From NCBI GenBank assembly GCA_965248755.1, contig OZ252149.1:4288001-4352000 (forward strand): DNA of 64,000 bases, read 5' to 3'. Below are positions 41,011 through 51,337 of this stretch, piece after piece. Every line of letters starts with the position of its first letter. The first letter of the stretch is position 1. Source of the DNA: Candidatus Latescibacterota bacterium (lineage in GTDB: Bacteria; Latescibacterota; CBDEFO01). Under the pieces are notes generated by a model that worked only from the letters and a program-made list of their open reading frames with translations, was not told the origin of the DNA and did no database searches. Made by a program: the position numbers and the translations under genes.

Positions 41011-42990
41011 TCAGAAGACCCCGAGGGAATTGTTCACCATTCCTGTACAATAATCTATAATAAGCCATGTCCCTGCCACGACCATCTGCCCCAGGATCAG
41101 ACCCAAGAAGAAGGGACGAGTTTTCCTGAATACTGTAGCACCGCCGTATTTGAGTATGACTACTTTGAATAGCCACGCTAAAAAGACGCTGAACCATTTG
41201 TGATTTATTATGGAGATACCGGTTAGTGTGTAGCCGATGGGATGGATAGGCCACCATATAAAGTGATAGCGGATAAAGGTCAGCAGGGCCATAATAAATG
41301 CTCCTATGCCTGTGGCTATCCAGCCTCCGATATTGGGGTTAACGGCTCCCTCCACTCTTTTAGCTATGTAATTGAACGGAGCTTTCGGAGCCCCGCCAAA
41401 AAACCACGAGTAGAGGTTGATTCCGCCTTCTTCGTATGCAAGGGTCATGACCATCCACATAGATCCTGCCAAACTCACAACGATGGATAGCATCATAGCC
41501 CAGAAGAGCGGTCTTCTCTTACCCCGGACCACATTGATCAACTTGAGGCCATTGGCGCACGAAGCCATAACGAACGTCCTCATCTCGCCGTGCCAGATGT
41601 ATGTATACGCCAGAGCCACTAATCCCGTCGGTCCCAAAGCGGAGGTTCCAAGCCCCGATACGACGAAGTCCGAACTGATCATGGGAGGCCACATATCGGG
41701 CATTCCTCCTTCTGCCACTATGCGGGTAAGCGCTATAAAGAGGACAAAGGCCCCGAACAAGAATATCGGGACAATCCAAAGGGGCATTCCCGAGGCCCAC
41801 AGCCACAAGCTCACAAAGAGTAATCCTCCGATCATCCCAAAGAGAGCTGTCCGGTAGGATAGAATCTCATCCGAATCGTCCACATTCGGATCGTTCTTAA
41901 GGGCTTTCCTGAGAACGCCTTTGAGGTGCTCCCGACCTGTCCACATCCCTAACATGACAAAGACTATCATAGCCCCCATGGTCTGATGGAGCATGTAAGG
42001 CGACCAGGAATGAGCATAAACGCTCATCTTTTCGGTGCTGTGGAAGCCAATCATATTGAATATTCCCTGTTCCGCGATGGCTAACAGGGAGAACGACCAA
42101 ATCGCTAGGGCGATGTCGCGGGGTATAAGGTAAACGAATCCGATGACATGAAAGATGGTGAAGAAATTAAATCGAATTGTGTTGCGAAACATCGACATAG
42201 AGGCCTCCAGGTTTACCCTTGGAATGAATGGGTAGTATCCGTGGAGCGCCGTTACGCTGCCTATGATGAAAGGGATGGCAAATCCAAGCCACATAATAGG
42301 ATTTTTAAAGAATGGCGCAAGATAACCGCTTTTGTCATCCCTTATCATCTCCATAGGTGTCTGAATAAGAGGATACGTCAGCCTTTCTCTCTCTACCCAC
42401 TGCCTCCTTAGGATCACCATCATGCATATCATCACAAAATAGAGGGCAATGGCAAACGAAGACCAGTACAAAAGGGGCCTAATCCATATTCCCCAGGGTA
42501 TGGCCTCTCCCCTGGGCAGACCTTCGTAGAAATACTTAATATACTCTGGATCACGGGGGGATATCCAATCGGGTATATATGGGTGAATCAAATTGACCCA
42601 ATCGTTCTCATGGGTGGCAAAGTAAAATACGCCGACGACGACAGGAAGGAGATGTTCGGTGAAGCCTACGGCTACGATAGAGGACGATACGATCATCATA
42701 ATGTAGATCGTGACCAATTCGGTGGCTTCGAACGCCATACCCCGTTTGACTATTTTCAAAAGGGTGTTTACTATACCTACGAAGATAAATAGAAGGAAAA
42801 GAGCTGCGCCGGTACCAAAGGTCCCAGCCATCCAGGAGCCTTTGATAAGAGCGTCGCTGTATGGGGCGGCAATGGATATAAAAAAGGAGAGCAGTGTACC
42901 TACAACAAAAGATCTGAAGGTGAAACGTCGAGGAGGCCTTTCCTGGTCAACGGCATAATCGGGACTGAATTCCTCAGTTGTTGTCGCCAT
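41011..42990 (-). CDS. DUF6785/DUF6784-type polytopic membrane protein (putative transporter)
   Basis: ELVTIY.M, LRRQWVERERLTYPL, RIVAEGG, WWPIHPIGY, PFFLGLILG. Confidence 0.75.
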   Translation of the reverse strand: MATTTEEFSPDYAVDQERPPRRFTFRSFVVGTLLSFFISIAAPYSDALIKGSWMAGTFGTGAALFLLFIFVGIVNTLLKIVKRGMAFEATELVTIYIMMIVSSSIVAVGFTEHLLPVVVGVFYFATHENDWVNLIHPYIPDWISPRDPEYIKYFYEGLPRGEAIPWGIWIRPLLYWSSFAIALYFVMICMMVILRRQWVERERLTYPLIQTPMEMIRDDKSGYLAPFFKNPIMWLGFAIPFIIGSVTALHGYYPFIPRVNLEASMSMFRNTIRFNFFTIFHVIGFVYLIPRDIALAIWSFSLLAIAEQGIFNMIGFHSTEKMSVYAHSWSPYMLHQTMGAMIVFVMLGMWTGREHLKGVLRKALKNDPNVDDSDEILSYRTALFGMIGGLLFVSLWLWASGMPLWIVPIFLFGAFVLFIALTRIVAEGGMPDMWPPMISSDFVVSGLGTSALGPTGLVALAYTYIWHGEMRTFVMASCANGLKLINVVRGKRRPLFWAMMLSIVVSLAGSMWMVMTLAYEEGGINLYSWFFGGAPKAPFNYIAKRVEGAVNPNIGGWIATGIGAFIMALLTFIRYHFIWWPIHPIGYTLTGISIINHKWFSVFLAWLFKVVILKYGGATVFRKTRPFFLGLILGQMVVAGTWLIIDYCTGMVNNSLGVF

Positions 42991-43158
42991 AAATTGAAAA
43001 GGGTCCTTACACTCTTATGTGGTATGTAGGCCATTATGGAACGGATCAAACAGCGTACTGATATGAAATCATACCGACAGCTCTGGGGGTCCTAAGTCTA
43101 ATAATATTTCACCTGGATGTCAAGTCATTTTGCTCTCCACCTCTGGAAAAGTGGCATA

Positions 43159-43524
43159 TCATACAATTGATAAATCCAAGTCTATGATCTCGGCAATGAG
43201 CCTGACGTCCTCTATCACGTCTCTATGAGATACGGCCGTTGTGACCTCTGGATTCCTGGGGCGTTGGAGGACAGTGTGGTTCTCCTGCCTGACATCGACA
43301 ACCACTATCACGAACTTTACCTCCGTGTGGCACAGACCCCCATTCAATACAGGACTCTCTCTGCTCATGCCTTCTATAGCTCTTGCAAATTGCGCCTTCA
43401 GATCGTCGCAGGTCTTATCGTCGTAGATACCTGATATTGAGAAAGATCCTCTCAGAATGGCACAATCTGTTCTTGGATCAGCATATCTATCATCTTGCTT
43501 CCTGTCCATCTGCGAGGAATGCAA
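43159..43524 (-). other. Possible gene remnant or hypothetical ORF
   Basis: Protein-like composition but no recognisable family. Confidence 0.25.
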
Positions 43525-43778
43525 GTCGTTTCAGGAGGAATGCTGATTTTTCTGGATAGAGATACACGATATCTAAAAGTTGTCAATACTTTTTAGGGGT
43601 CTGGCCTCTCCAGACTGTTGTGACAGGCTCTCTCGAAATCGTATTAAGGGCTATGGAAGGTTGATAAAACCACAATAGAAACCCTTCATGCAGGGGGTCT
43701 GAACCAAGAATGCAAGGGAAAACTCCGACCTATCCCCTCAGATCCTAAATAGTGCGGGGAGATTGGCTTGAAAAAGGG

Positions 43779-43807
43779 TTGACATCGACCCCAGTTTTTG
43801 GTATCTT
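43779..43807 (+). promoter_or_regulatory. sigma70-type promoter
   Basis: TTGACA-17bp-TATCTT upstream of the aldo/keto reductase. Confidence 0.6.
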
Positions 43808-43857
43808 AGCCTTCCGTTGGTTGTCACAGTATAAACCCCAAATAAAAGGGGACTGAT

Positions 43858-45003
43858 ATGAAGTCTATTCGATCTTCTAATCATAGATCGCAGTCAACGA
43901 AGGTCACAGAACTCACCCGCCGTGAATTTATCCACAAGATGAGTGCTGCTGCTTTAGGGGCTGGAGCATTGTTAACCCCTGTTGCTGCCAGTTCCGGCTC
44001 TACGACTGCTTCAGGGGACATGAAATATAGAACAGTGGGTAAGACGGGAATCCGCGTCTCTGAGATAGGCTTTGGATCTCATGTCGCACGGGAAAATATG
44101 AATGATCCCCAGGCCAGAGAAGCTCAGATTAGAAAAGGCTTAGAGCTAGGCATTAACCTCTTTGACATCTACAAGCACGGTTATCATCAGTTTGATCTGA
44201 TGAGCAAGGTGTTGGGCCCGGTGCGACAGGATGTTGTGATATCTCTTGTTACGGTCCAGTCCGACGTCCGAAAGGAGGTAGAATTTGCCCTGACAACCTT
44301 CAACACCGATTACATTGATCTGTATCGCATGAACGCGTCCGGGATTAAGTCCAAGAGCGCAATAGAGACCACTTTAGGGACTCTGCAGCAGGCCAAGGAG
44401 GAGGGTAAGATACGGGCGATCGGGATAGTGAACCACGATCAGGCAAAGTTGGTGGAGATGCTTCATACCTATCCAGAATTGGACTATCTGTTGTTTGCGT
44501 ATAACTTCCGGCATCAGAGACTCTCTCCTGCCACCTCCGTCCAGGCCGCCTCCGGAGGACAGATCAGGTCTGGAGTGTCTGCTGCCTCATCACCGAAAAC
44601 CGCTGGACAAACTGTCGACTGCGCGATCGTGCCTTGCCCGGATCCAGCGTTTCCCGCTTTGGTCAGAGAAACCGGCGTGGGACTCATAGCGATCAAGCCC
44701 TTTGCCGGAGGAGCTTTGCTGAAATTGCAACCCTCCGATTCCCTCTTGGCGGAGCTGAAGGGCGTCGAGGCAAGTCTCCCTCAGGCGGCATTGAGGTTTA
44801 TCTTGGGGGCCAAGGAGATTTCCAGCACGATCCCAGCGATGAATTCTATAGATGAGGTTGTGGAGAACGTAGGAGCGACGCAGTGTGGTGGGCTAGGTGA
44901 GTCGGAGATTCGACTTCTGCAGATCTATGCTCAAGCAGCAGAGGAGAGCCAGGGAGACTACTTGCCGGAGAAGTATAAGTGGCTTGAAGAGTGGACGGCA
45001 TAA
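43858..45003 (+). CDS. Tat-exported aldo/keto reductase
   Basis: TRREFI twin-arginine signal, YRTVGKTGIRVSEIGFG, GKIRAIG, AIKPFAGG. Confidence 0.88.
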   Translation: MKSIRSSNHRSQSTKVTELTRREFIHKMSAAALGAGALLTPVAASSGSTTASGDMKYRTVGKTGIRVSEIGFGSHVARENMNDPQAREAQIRKGLELGINLFDIYKHGYHQFDLMSKVLGPVRQDVVISLVTVQSDVRKEVEFALTTFNTDYIDLYRMNASGIKSKSAIETTLGTLQQAKEEGKIRAIGIVNHDQAKLVEMLHTYPELDYLLFAYNFRHQRLSPATSVQAASGGQIRSGVSAASSPKTAGQTVDCAIVPCPDPAFPALVRETGVGLIAIKPFAGGALLKLQPSDSLLAELKGVEASLPQAALRFILGAKEISSTIPAMNSIDEVVENVGATQCGGLGESEIRLLQIYAQAAEESQGDYLPEKYKWLEEWTA

Positions 45004-45088
45004 GGTTTCCGCACCTGCAGGATGTTCTCTTTGAGTGCACGAGGAAAGTCCCCTTCAAATGTGTCAGTGGGAATAGGATAAGAATCCC

Positions 45089-45634
45089 TTGTACAAGATT
45101 ATCGCTATATTGCTGATCCTAGGGGGCCTTTTCATCCTTGCGACTATAGGGAGCTTTTCTGACAGGGACATCACTCCGGATGCGGTCACCATGGCCACCA
45201 CGCACAATCTCTGGACAGGCGATGTTGCCTCACTCACCGATGGGCGTACGCCCGACATTGACCCAGGCGCTGCAGCTTTCGAGTGGGACTGGATCGGCTT
45301 GTTGGCTGTATCGTGGCCTGACACTGTACGCCTTGCGACTATCCGTGTCTATATCGGAACGATGGACCAATACAAAGTGTTCGGCTATTTAGGCGGGGGC
45401 TTCACCCAAGAGGGCTTTCGCGTAGATGTCGAGAAGTCGGTCTACGGACACGAGGGGGTTGTGCCCGCTGGAGTCACCGGCTGGTACGAAATCACCTGTT
45501 CACCGGAATTTGCCATCGATAACATCAGCTTCCAGGTTGTCGGCGGCGCTGTCATTTATGAAATAGAGTTCCTCAGACCGGAGAACACTGCCATCTGGCC
45601 TATCAACTTCTGGGGCATCAAGAAATTCTTCTGA
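45089..45634 (+). CDS. Hypothetical secreted protein with a C-terminal WGxIK-like tail
   Basis: N-terminal hydrophobic signal; ends TAIWPINFWGIKKFF. Confidence 0.7.
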   Translation: MYKIIAILLILGGLFILATIGSFSDRDITPDAVTMATTHNLWTGDVASLTDGRTPDIDPGAAAFEWDWIGLLAVSWPDTVRLATIRVYIGTMDQYKVFGYLGGGFTQEGFRVDVEKSVYGHEGVVPAGVTGWYEITCSPEFAIDNISFQVVGGAVIYEIEFLRPENTAIWPINFWGIKKFF

Positions 45635-45967
45635 AAGGCAAGTGAAGTTATTGATCACAACTTTATATGAAGAATGAAAAGGATAGCATGCCGTGTAACA
45701 TTGCCTCTATGCCTTTTCCCTGCAACATATTAAGCGACTTAGCGTAACATCGTCATTGCCGCACGCATGTAGACAAGGGCGTGTGCAATTCCTGCATAGA
45801 ACCCTAATCCGAGTTTCCTCACAGCTATCCTCCATAAACAAGTAGGCATCGAACAGCGGACGAGGCAATCCAGGTGGGATCGTTTCGCCCAATTGTGGCT
45901 TGCTGACCGGGAATACGGCCACGGTGACTGGCAATTACGCTTCAGGGAGGATGGGCGGTGCCCCCGT

Positions 45968-46717
45968 CTACTGTCTACTGTCTACTGTCTTTAGCCACTC
46001 CTCGTACTCCTTTTTGCCCTCTTCGTTTAGAGGGTAGTATTTTTCCACGTCCCCTGTCTCCTGGAGTTTTATCCTCTCGAAGATCTCACGTGTCTCCCGG
46101 GTGCGGCAGTATTCGATAACGTCAGGTGCAACTTTCGGAGGGATTACGACTACACCGTCGTCATCTCCGACTATAATGTCCCCCGGCATAACCAATACAC
46201 CGCCGCAACCGATCGGTTCGTTGTAGTCCCAGGGATACATCTCAAAGTGACCGGCGTTGTGCGGCGTTGCTCCCCTTAAAAAGAGGGGAAGTCCCAACTT
46301 CTTGGCGTGCGGAGTATCGCGGACGCACCCGTCAACTACCAGTCCTTTTGAGCCTTTTGCATGGATAGAGGTCATCAACATGTCACCCAGACATCCGGTC
46401 TGCATATTGGCGCGGGTGTCCACTACAAGCACATCCCCTTCCTGAACAGCTATTACCGCGGCCCAAAGCGCGGAACTTACCTCCTGTTCCTCCTCGGCGC
46501 GTCCTTTGATAATGTCCTCTCGTTTAGGCAGAAAGCTTAACGTAACGGCCGTGCCGACGGCCCTAAGCCCCGGTGTGAAGGCCACGGGTCCCACCATAAA
46601 GGCCCTGAGAATCCCGCATCTTTCGCGCAGAGCAGAGCTAATGGTCGCAGTACCGAAATCCCAGAATGGCTCGATAAGTTCTCTTGGTGGACGATCGATC
46701 TCTTTGAGTTTTACCAT
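45968..46717 (-). CDS. RraA-like / HMG-CHA aldolase family protein
   Basis: VGTAVT, GCLGDML, VVDGCVRD, PGDIIVGDDDGVVVIP. Confidence 0.9.
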   Translation of the reverse strand: MVKLKEIDRPPRELIEPFWDFGTATISSALRERCGILRAFMVGPVAFTPGLRAVGTAVTLSFLPKREDIIKGRAEEEQEVSSALWAAVIAVQEGDVLVVDTRANMQTGCLGDMLMTSIHAKGSKGLVVDGCVRDTPHAKKLGLPLFLRGATPHNAGHFEMYPWDYNEPIGCGGVLVMPGDIIVGDDDGVVVIPPKVAPDVIEYCRTRETREIFERIKLQETGDVEKYYPLNEEGKKEYEEWLKTVDSRQ

Positions 46718-46735
46718 ATCGTATCTCCTGACAAG

Positions 46736-46784
46736 TCCCTGATTGAGTCTACCCCCGATTGAATCTATTGGGGGGGATCGGGGA
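46736..46784. repeat. Nested palindromic micro-element flanked by CAAG direct repeats
   Basis: CAAG-TCCCTGATTGAGTCTA[CCCCCGATTGAATCTATTGGGGG]..ATCGGGGA-CAAG. Confidence 0.7.
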
Positions 46785-46794
46785 CAAGAATAAG

Positions 46795-48276
46795 TTACCC
46801 CAATGTTGAGGGATACGGACCGTATTCGACTACGATTTCCACATCTTCAATTATCACTCCTCCTTTGAACCCATCGGGTCTCCTATCCAGTGACACCTCT
46901 AACAGGTTCTCACCCTTGTGCGGACGTTCCCCTTCCAGGCGGAATTCCAACCACTGGCCGGCGTACGGAACATTACTATCTGTGATCTTATGTGTTCCAC
47001 CGAAGGTGCGCGTGCAAGTCTCTTCGGACAGAGACCTCCCGTTCAGCAGGATCGCAAGGTTGTCCGCCGTCACCAGATTACTGACGTTGATCCTAAGTCG
47101 TACTTCACGCACGCGATCAGAAGAACCTTGTATATCATCTGATACATAGAAGGGGATCTCATAGCTTATGTTCGGGTCAGCAGACGGGATTTCAATCGGA
47201 AGTGCCGCATCGTAGACAAGCCCGAGGTCTACCACATTTTCGCACCGCCTCGCCAAAACGTAGTGCTTTTTCCCTGCTTTTGATAGTTCTGGATCGCCTA
47301 TCTCCGTGAGAATTCTACGCTCTGCATCTCTTAATGGCCACTTCAAAAACCAGGTGTAGAGTCCATCGACGCCGCGATCCCAGAAGTTTCCCGCAGCAGC
47401 ACGCATCATCTCAGGCGTGGCATAGTTTCTCAGATGAGATCCTACGCTCTCGTCTTCTGACCAGGGTTGAAGCACTGGGTAGACAGATACTCTGTCGTTT
47501 TGATGAGCCAATTGAATGAGCCAATCGATGGGCATGTCAGGGTCGAGTATAAAGTAGCCGTACAAAAGCGGCACCACAAAGTCAACGATTCCCTCCTCAA
47601 ACCACGTGCGTACATCTAACCCCGCCTCAAGACACATCTTTTCGGTGGGGAATACTCGAGCGCCGATCTGACCGGGGTTGCCGGGCCTGTTCCGGACCAT
47701 TTGGGAGATCTTACCGACGTACTCTGTCATCAATGGAGTTTGCTTTTCCACTTCGTCGGGCTTGAAGAAGAACGGGGGATAGCCGAAGTCGAGCTCTATC
47801 CCCTCTACAGAATACTCTGTGGCCAGCTCCTCAAGGACTGCAAACTGATGATCGCGCGCCTCTGGATGAGCTAGATTGAGACAGCCCTCCATCGGTCCGG
47901 GCACACCGATCTGATAGCTCGAATCAGTTCCGCTGAAGGATCCCATACGCAGGCTAGCAAAAAAGTCTAAACCTGCCTCGTGCGCCCTGTCGATTAGTAC
48001 AGTCAGTGGGTTGAGACCCCTGTCAATCAGGCTCTGCATATTCTTCCGCGCACGCCAAGCATACGCGAATGGACTTGGATCTCCACCCCATTGTTGTCCG
48101 ATCTTGGAGGGGTAGAAGAGTCCGCCGCTTGAGACGCCGTAGATGAACGTGTCAACGGCGGTGCCGGCGACCTCATCTATCGGCCTCCAGGCATCCTCCA
48201 ACTTCATGGGCGGCTCGAAGGCGTACAGGTAGTAATGTCGCGCATCATTAAAGTAGATCGTTCGACGTCGTCTCAT
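46795..48276 (-). CDS. Glycoside hydrolase-like TIM-barrel protein (GHL10-like)
   Basis: IYFND, YPSKIG, FFASLRM, VEGIELDF, GLDVRTW, GVDGLY. Confidence 0.65.
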   Translation of the reverse strand: MRRRRTIYFNDARHYYLYAFEPPMKLEDAWRPIDEVAGTAVDTFIYGVSSGGLFYPSKIGQQWGGDPSPFAYAWRARKNMQSLIDRGLNPLTVLIDRAHEAGLDFFASLRMGSFSGTDSSYQIGVPGPMEGCLNLAHPEARDHQFAVLEELATEYSVEGIELDFGYPPFFFKPDEVEKQTPLMTEYVGKISQMVRNRPGNPGQIGARVFPTEKMCLEAGLDVRTWFEEGIVDFVVPLLYGYFILDPDMPIDWLIQLAHQNDRVSVYPVLQPWSEDESVGSHLRNYATPEMMRAAAGNFWDRGVDGLYTWFLKWPLRDAERRILTEIGDPELSKAGKKHYVLARRCENVVDLGLVYDAALPIEIPSADPNISYEIPFYVSDDIQGSSDRVREVRLRINVSNLVTADNLAILLNGRSLSEETCTRTFGGTHKITDSNVPYAGQWLEFRLEGERPHKGENLLEVSLDRRPDGFKGGVIIEDVEIVVEYGPYPSTLG

Positions 48277-48298
48277 GGGTAGTCTCCTTACTTAAGTT

Positions 48299-48342
48299 TT
48301 AATCTGTTCATGAGTCTTAATCTGTTCATGAGTCTTAATCTG
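48299..48342 (+). repeat. 18-bp tandem repeat, about 2.4 copies
   Basis: TTAATCTGTTCATGAGTC x2 plus TTAATCTG. Confidence 0.9.
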
Positions 48343-48457
48343 ATAAGACGGGAGTTATCCGATCATGTAGAACGCCTAACTGACAAACTCCATTATCGTT
48401 TTGGCGGTTTGGAGATGACCAGTCATGCTATAAGAGAAGATCATCTTTCCTCTGCTA

Positions 48458-49228
48458 CTATATAATGCCAGATCCTAAACTGAGTGCAATTACCGAAAGC
48501 ATCACTGCTACAATGACCTGGATCGAACGCATTGTAACCTTTTTGACTAACCGATTTCCAATGTATGCTCCCAAGAATGCAGATAGAATAGCTGCGCTTA
48601 AGAGCGCATTATGGCCTGCGCCTGACAGTGAAAAATGAGAACTATAGATGGAGATTCGGGCGACATCCACCAGACAGGCTATCACAACGCCTGTAGCGAT
48701 GAAACCTTCTTTTGTTAGACCGCACTTGATAAGAAAAGCACTTCGCAGTGCCCCTTGATGTCCTGAAAGGCCTCCGAAAAAACCGCTCAAAATCCCTCCA
48801 ACAGGGAGATAATTCTTCTCAAATGATATATTTTCAAATCTCGGCAGCACTTCCAAGAGCGCAAAGAATATCATCAAAATCGCAACGATAAGTTTCACAG
48901 GCATAATTTGAAGGTGATGGTCTAATAGTTCGTATCTGATCAACGGCTGCAAATCCGAAAGCCACAGTAGACCCCGCGCCCCCAAGAGGGCCGCCAATAT
49001 AGCGGGTAAGCCGAACCGGAATACTGTGGTCTTGTCGGCGTGTTTGCCCAACAGTACAACTTTAAACAGATTGTTGAAGAGGTGCACCACAGCTGTAAAG
49101 GAAACAGCCACATCTATGGGAAAGAATATCGCAAATAGAGGCATCAAAAGGGTGCCCAATCCGAAGCCGGAAAAAAGGGTCAATCCTGAGGCAATGACCG
49201 CACCGACGCAGATTATGAGATATTCCAT
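48458..49228 (-). CDS. TSUP (TauE/SafE) family transporter
   Basis: SGFGLGTLLMP, GGLSGHQGALRSAFL. Confidence 0.9.
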   Translation of the reverse strand: MEYLIICVGAVIASGLTLFSGFGLGTLLMPLFAIFFPIDVAVSFTAVVHLFNNLFKVVLLGKHADKTTVFRFGLPAILAALLGARGLLWLSDLQPLIRYELLDHHLQIMPVKLIVAILMIFFALLEVLPRFENISFEKNYLPVGGILSGFFGGLSGHQGALRSAFLIKCGLTKEGFIATGVVIACLVDVARISIYSSHFSLSGAGHNALLSAAILSAFLGAYIGNRLVKKVTMRSIQVIVAVMLSVIALSLGSGII

Positions 49229-50163
49229 AATGATTTGAAGACCTTGTGCGGTCTTAAACCCCGCAGTTCCTTTTTAAGCTGGTTCGGCGTCATTATTCCC
49301 TTTTCTGTAACCACGCCCTTTATATATTCCAAAGGGGTCAAGTCAAAGTAGTAGTTTACGGCCGTGACGTTGTGGATATATTCCGTTAGAATTTCGGCAG
49401 AATCTTGCAACTCTTGAAATTGAAGTGGATAGTCTGCTGGCAGGAGTTTCTCCGAACCGGAGAGCACATAGACGTCAATTGCCAACTCCTTAGCCGCCAA
49501 GGCCAAACACAGAGTGCCGATTTTGTTGACCAGCCCTTTGGGCGACAGGGAATCTGCCCCGATGAGCACTATCTGGGCCTGTGGCAACCAGGAGCAGACC
49601 GCAGCGTCAATTACAAGCTTAACTCTAATACCCTCACCACCTAACTTCGCGGCCAGATTTACGCCCTCGTTGATGGGTCAAGATTCTGTGCAGATAACGT
49701 CGAATCGCACCCCTTTTGCTTTTGCTAAAAGGAGCGACTTAAGGACTGTGGAACTGTACGAATGGGTTATTATGGTTGTATCGTTCTGTATTAGTTGCAG
49801 GGTGACATCAGCGATCGCTCGTCCAGCACTTTTCAACTGATTGGTGAAATCGCGACAGGAAGCGCGCAATACTTGCCTGATTTCCTCTGTCTTGCACACT
49901 TTATCAATGTCGCACAGGGTTCTATTTGCAAGATTGAAAATAGACGCCATAGCAGGTTGTGCCGCTGCCAGGGCTTTTGCCGCAGTCCCTATACTGTCAG
50001 TAAGTTGGCGAGCTGACGGGTTAGCGAAATTTTCAGTCAGGAGGGTCAGCGTCTCGGCAGCTTTTATCGATAGCTCCACAGCTCCGCTAGTGTTATCTGA
50101 TCTTATTTCCTCAATCCCCGATAGAATCAATCTTTGGTCTTCAATCTCTTTGGGCAGTTTCAT
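49213..50163 (-). pseudogene. eIF-2B / ribose-1,5-bisphosphate isomerase-family protein with an in-frame TGA
   Basis: D..SGA, AQPAMAS, THSYSSTV, CTES*PINEG (TGA 49678-49680 at Arg of ESRP), then in frame GADS, NKIGT, FDLTP. Confidence 0.85.
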
Positions 50164-50191
50164 CGGCAGGTTCCCTGTGTTCTTGACGGAG

Positions 50192-51337
50192 TCAACGTTC
50201 GACCTTGTAGCTGATACGGTAAATTACGTCCGCTTGATCGTCTGAGACCAAGAGCGCCCCGTCCGGCATAACGAGCGCATCCACAGGGCGTCCCCATGCC
50301 CGGCCGTCTTGCAACCAGCCATCTGCAAAGACTTCGTATTTAACCGCTTGGTTGTCTACAACTTGTACGAGTGTTACGCGATATCCGATCCGAGTGCTGC
50401 GGTTCCAGGAGCCGTGTTCGGCGATAAAGATCTGGTTTCGGTACTTGTCCGGGAACATCGTGCCTGTGTAAAAGCGCATGCCGAGTGAAGCCACATGTGG
50501 CCCGAGTTTCATCGCAGGCGGTATAAATTCCTCGCATTTTCGCTTGTGGCCGAACTCCGGATCGGTAATATATCCTCCGTGACAGTAGGGGAAACCGAAA
50601 TGGAGACCACTCTGCGGCGCACGGTTCAATTCATCCGGAGGAAGATCGTCACCTAACCAGTCGCGCCCGTTATCAGTGAACCAGAGCTCCTGCGTCTGGG
50701 GATGCCAATCGAATCCCACTGAGTTGCGAACGCCGTGGGCGAAGATCTCCAAGCCTGTGCCATCGGGATGCATCCGCATAATGGAGGCGTAGCGGCTATC
50801 CTCGCTCTCACAGACATTGCACGGTGCCCCGACCGGTACGTAGAGCATCCCATCTGGACCGAAGCGGATGAACTTCCAGCCGTGACTCCGATCTCTTGGG
50901 AAAGTGTCGTCCACTACCAGGGGTCTTGGGGGGTCTTTTATATGCGCTTCGATATTACCGTATCGAAGGACGCGGTTTACCTCGGCAACATAGAGTGCAC
51001 CGTTTCGAAACGCCACGCCATTTGGCATATTCAACCCCTGCGCGATTGTGATGACCTCGTCGGCTCTGCTGTCCTTGTTAGTGTCCAGAATGGCGTAGAC
51101 GTTCCCCGCTCCTTGTGTTCCGACGAATAGAACTCCGCTTTGGCTCAGCGACATCGAACGGGCGTTCTCCACGTTGCTCGCATAGATGCTGATCTGGAAC
51201 CCCGGCGGCAGTTTGATTTTACCGAGCGGCAACTCCTGATCGCCGCAAGCGGGCAAGCAGAGGAGTGTGAAAGTCAAAAAGAGCAGACAGAGGACAGCCA
51301 TTGAGCATTTAGGAACGTTATGCTTGGTAAATTTCAT
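50192..51337 (-). CDS. Sorbosone/PQQ-dependent sugar dehydrogenase family lipoprotein
   Basis: [53 protein letters not shown] before ATG 51337. Confidence 0.92.
   Translation of the reverse strand: MKFTKHNVPKCSMAVLCLLFLTFTLLCLPACGDQELPLGKIKLPPGFQISIYASNVENARSMSLSQSGVLFVGTQGAGNVYAILDTNKDSRADEVITIAQGLNMPNGVAFRNGALYVAEVNRVLRYGNIEAHIKDPPRPLVVDDTFPRDRSHGWKFIRFGPDGMLYVPVGAPCNVCESEDSRYASIMRMHPDGTGLEIFAHGVRNSVGFDWHPQTQELWFTDNGRDWLGDDLPPDELNRAPQSGLHFGFPYCHGGYITDPEFGHKRKCEEFIPPAMKLGPHVASLGMRFYTGTMFPDKYRNQIFIAEHGSWNRSTRIGYRVTLVQVVDNQAVKYEVFADGWLQDGRAWGRPVDALVMPDGALLVSDDQADVIYRISYKVER

Noticed and set aside
11512..49680. Stop-codon recoding (Pyl, Sec or an alternative code) to explain in-frame stops in wecB, the eIF-2B-like gene and SIR2
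   Set aside because: The interruptions use all three stop types, two fall at conserved Gln and Arg positions reachable by C>T changes, and TAG, TGA and TAA all terminate normal genes here
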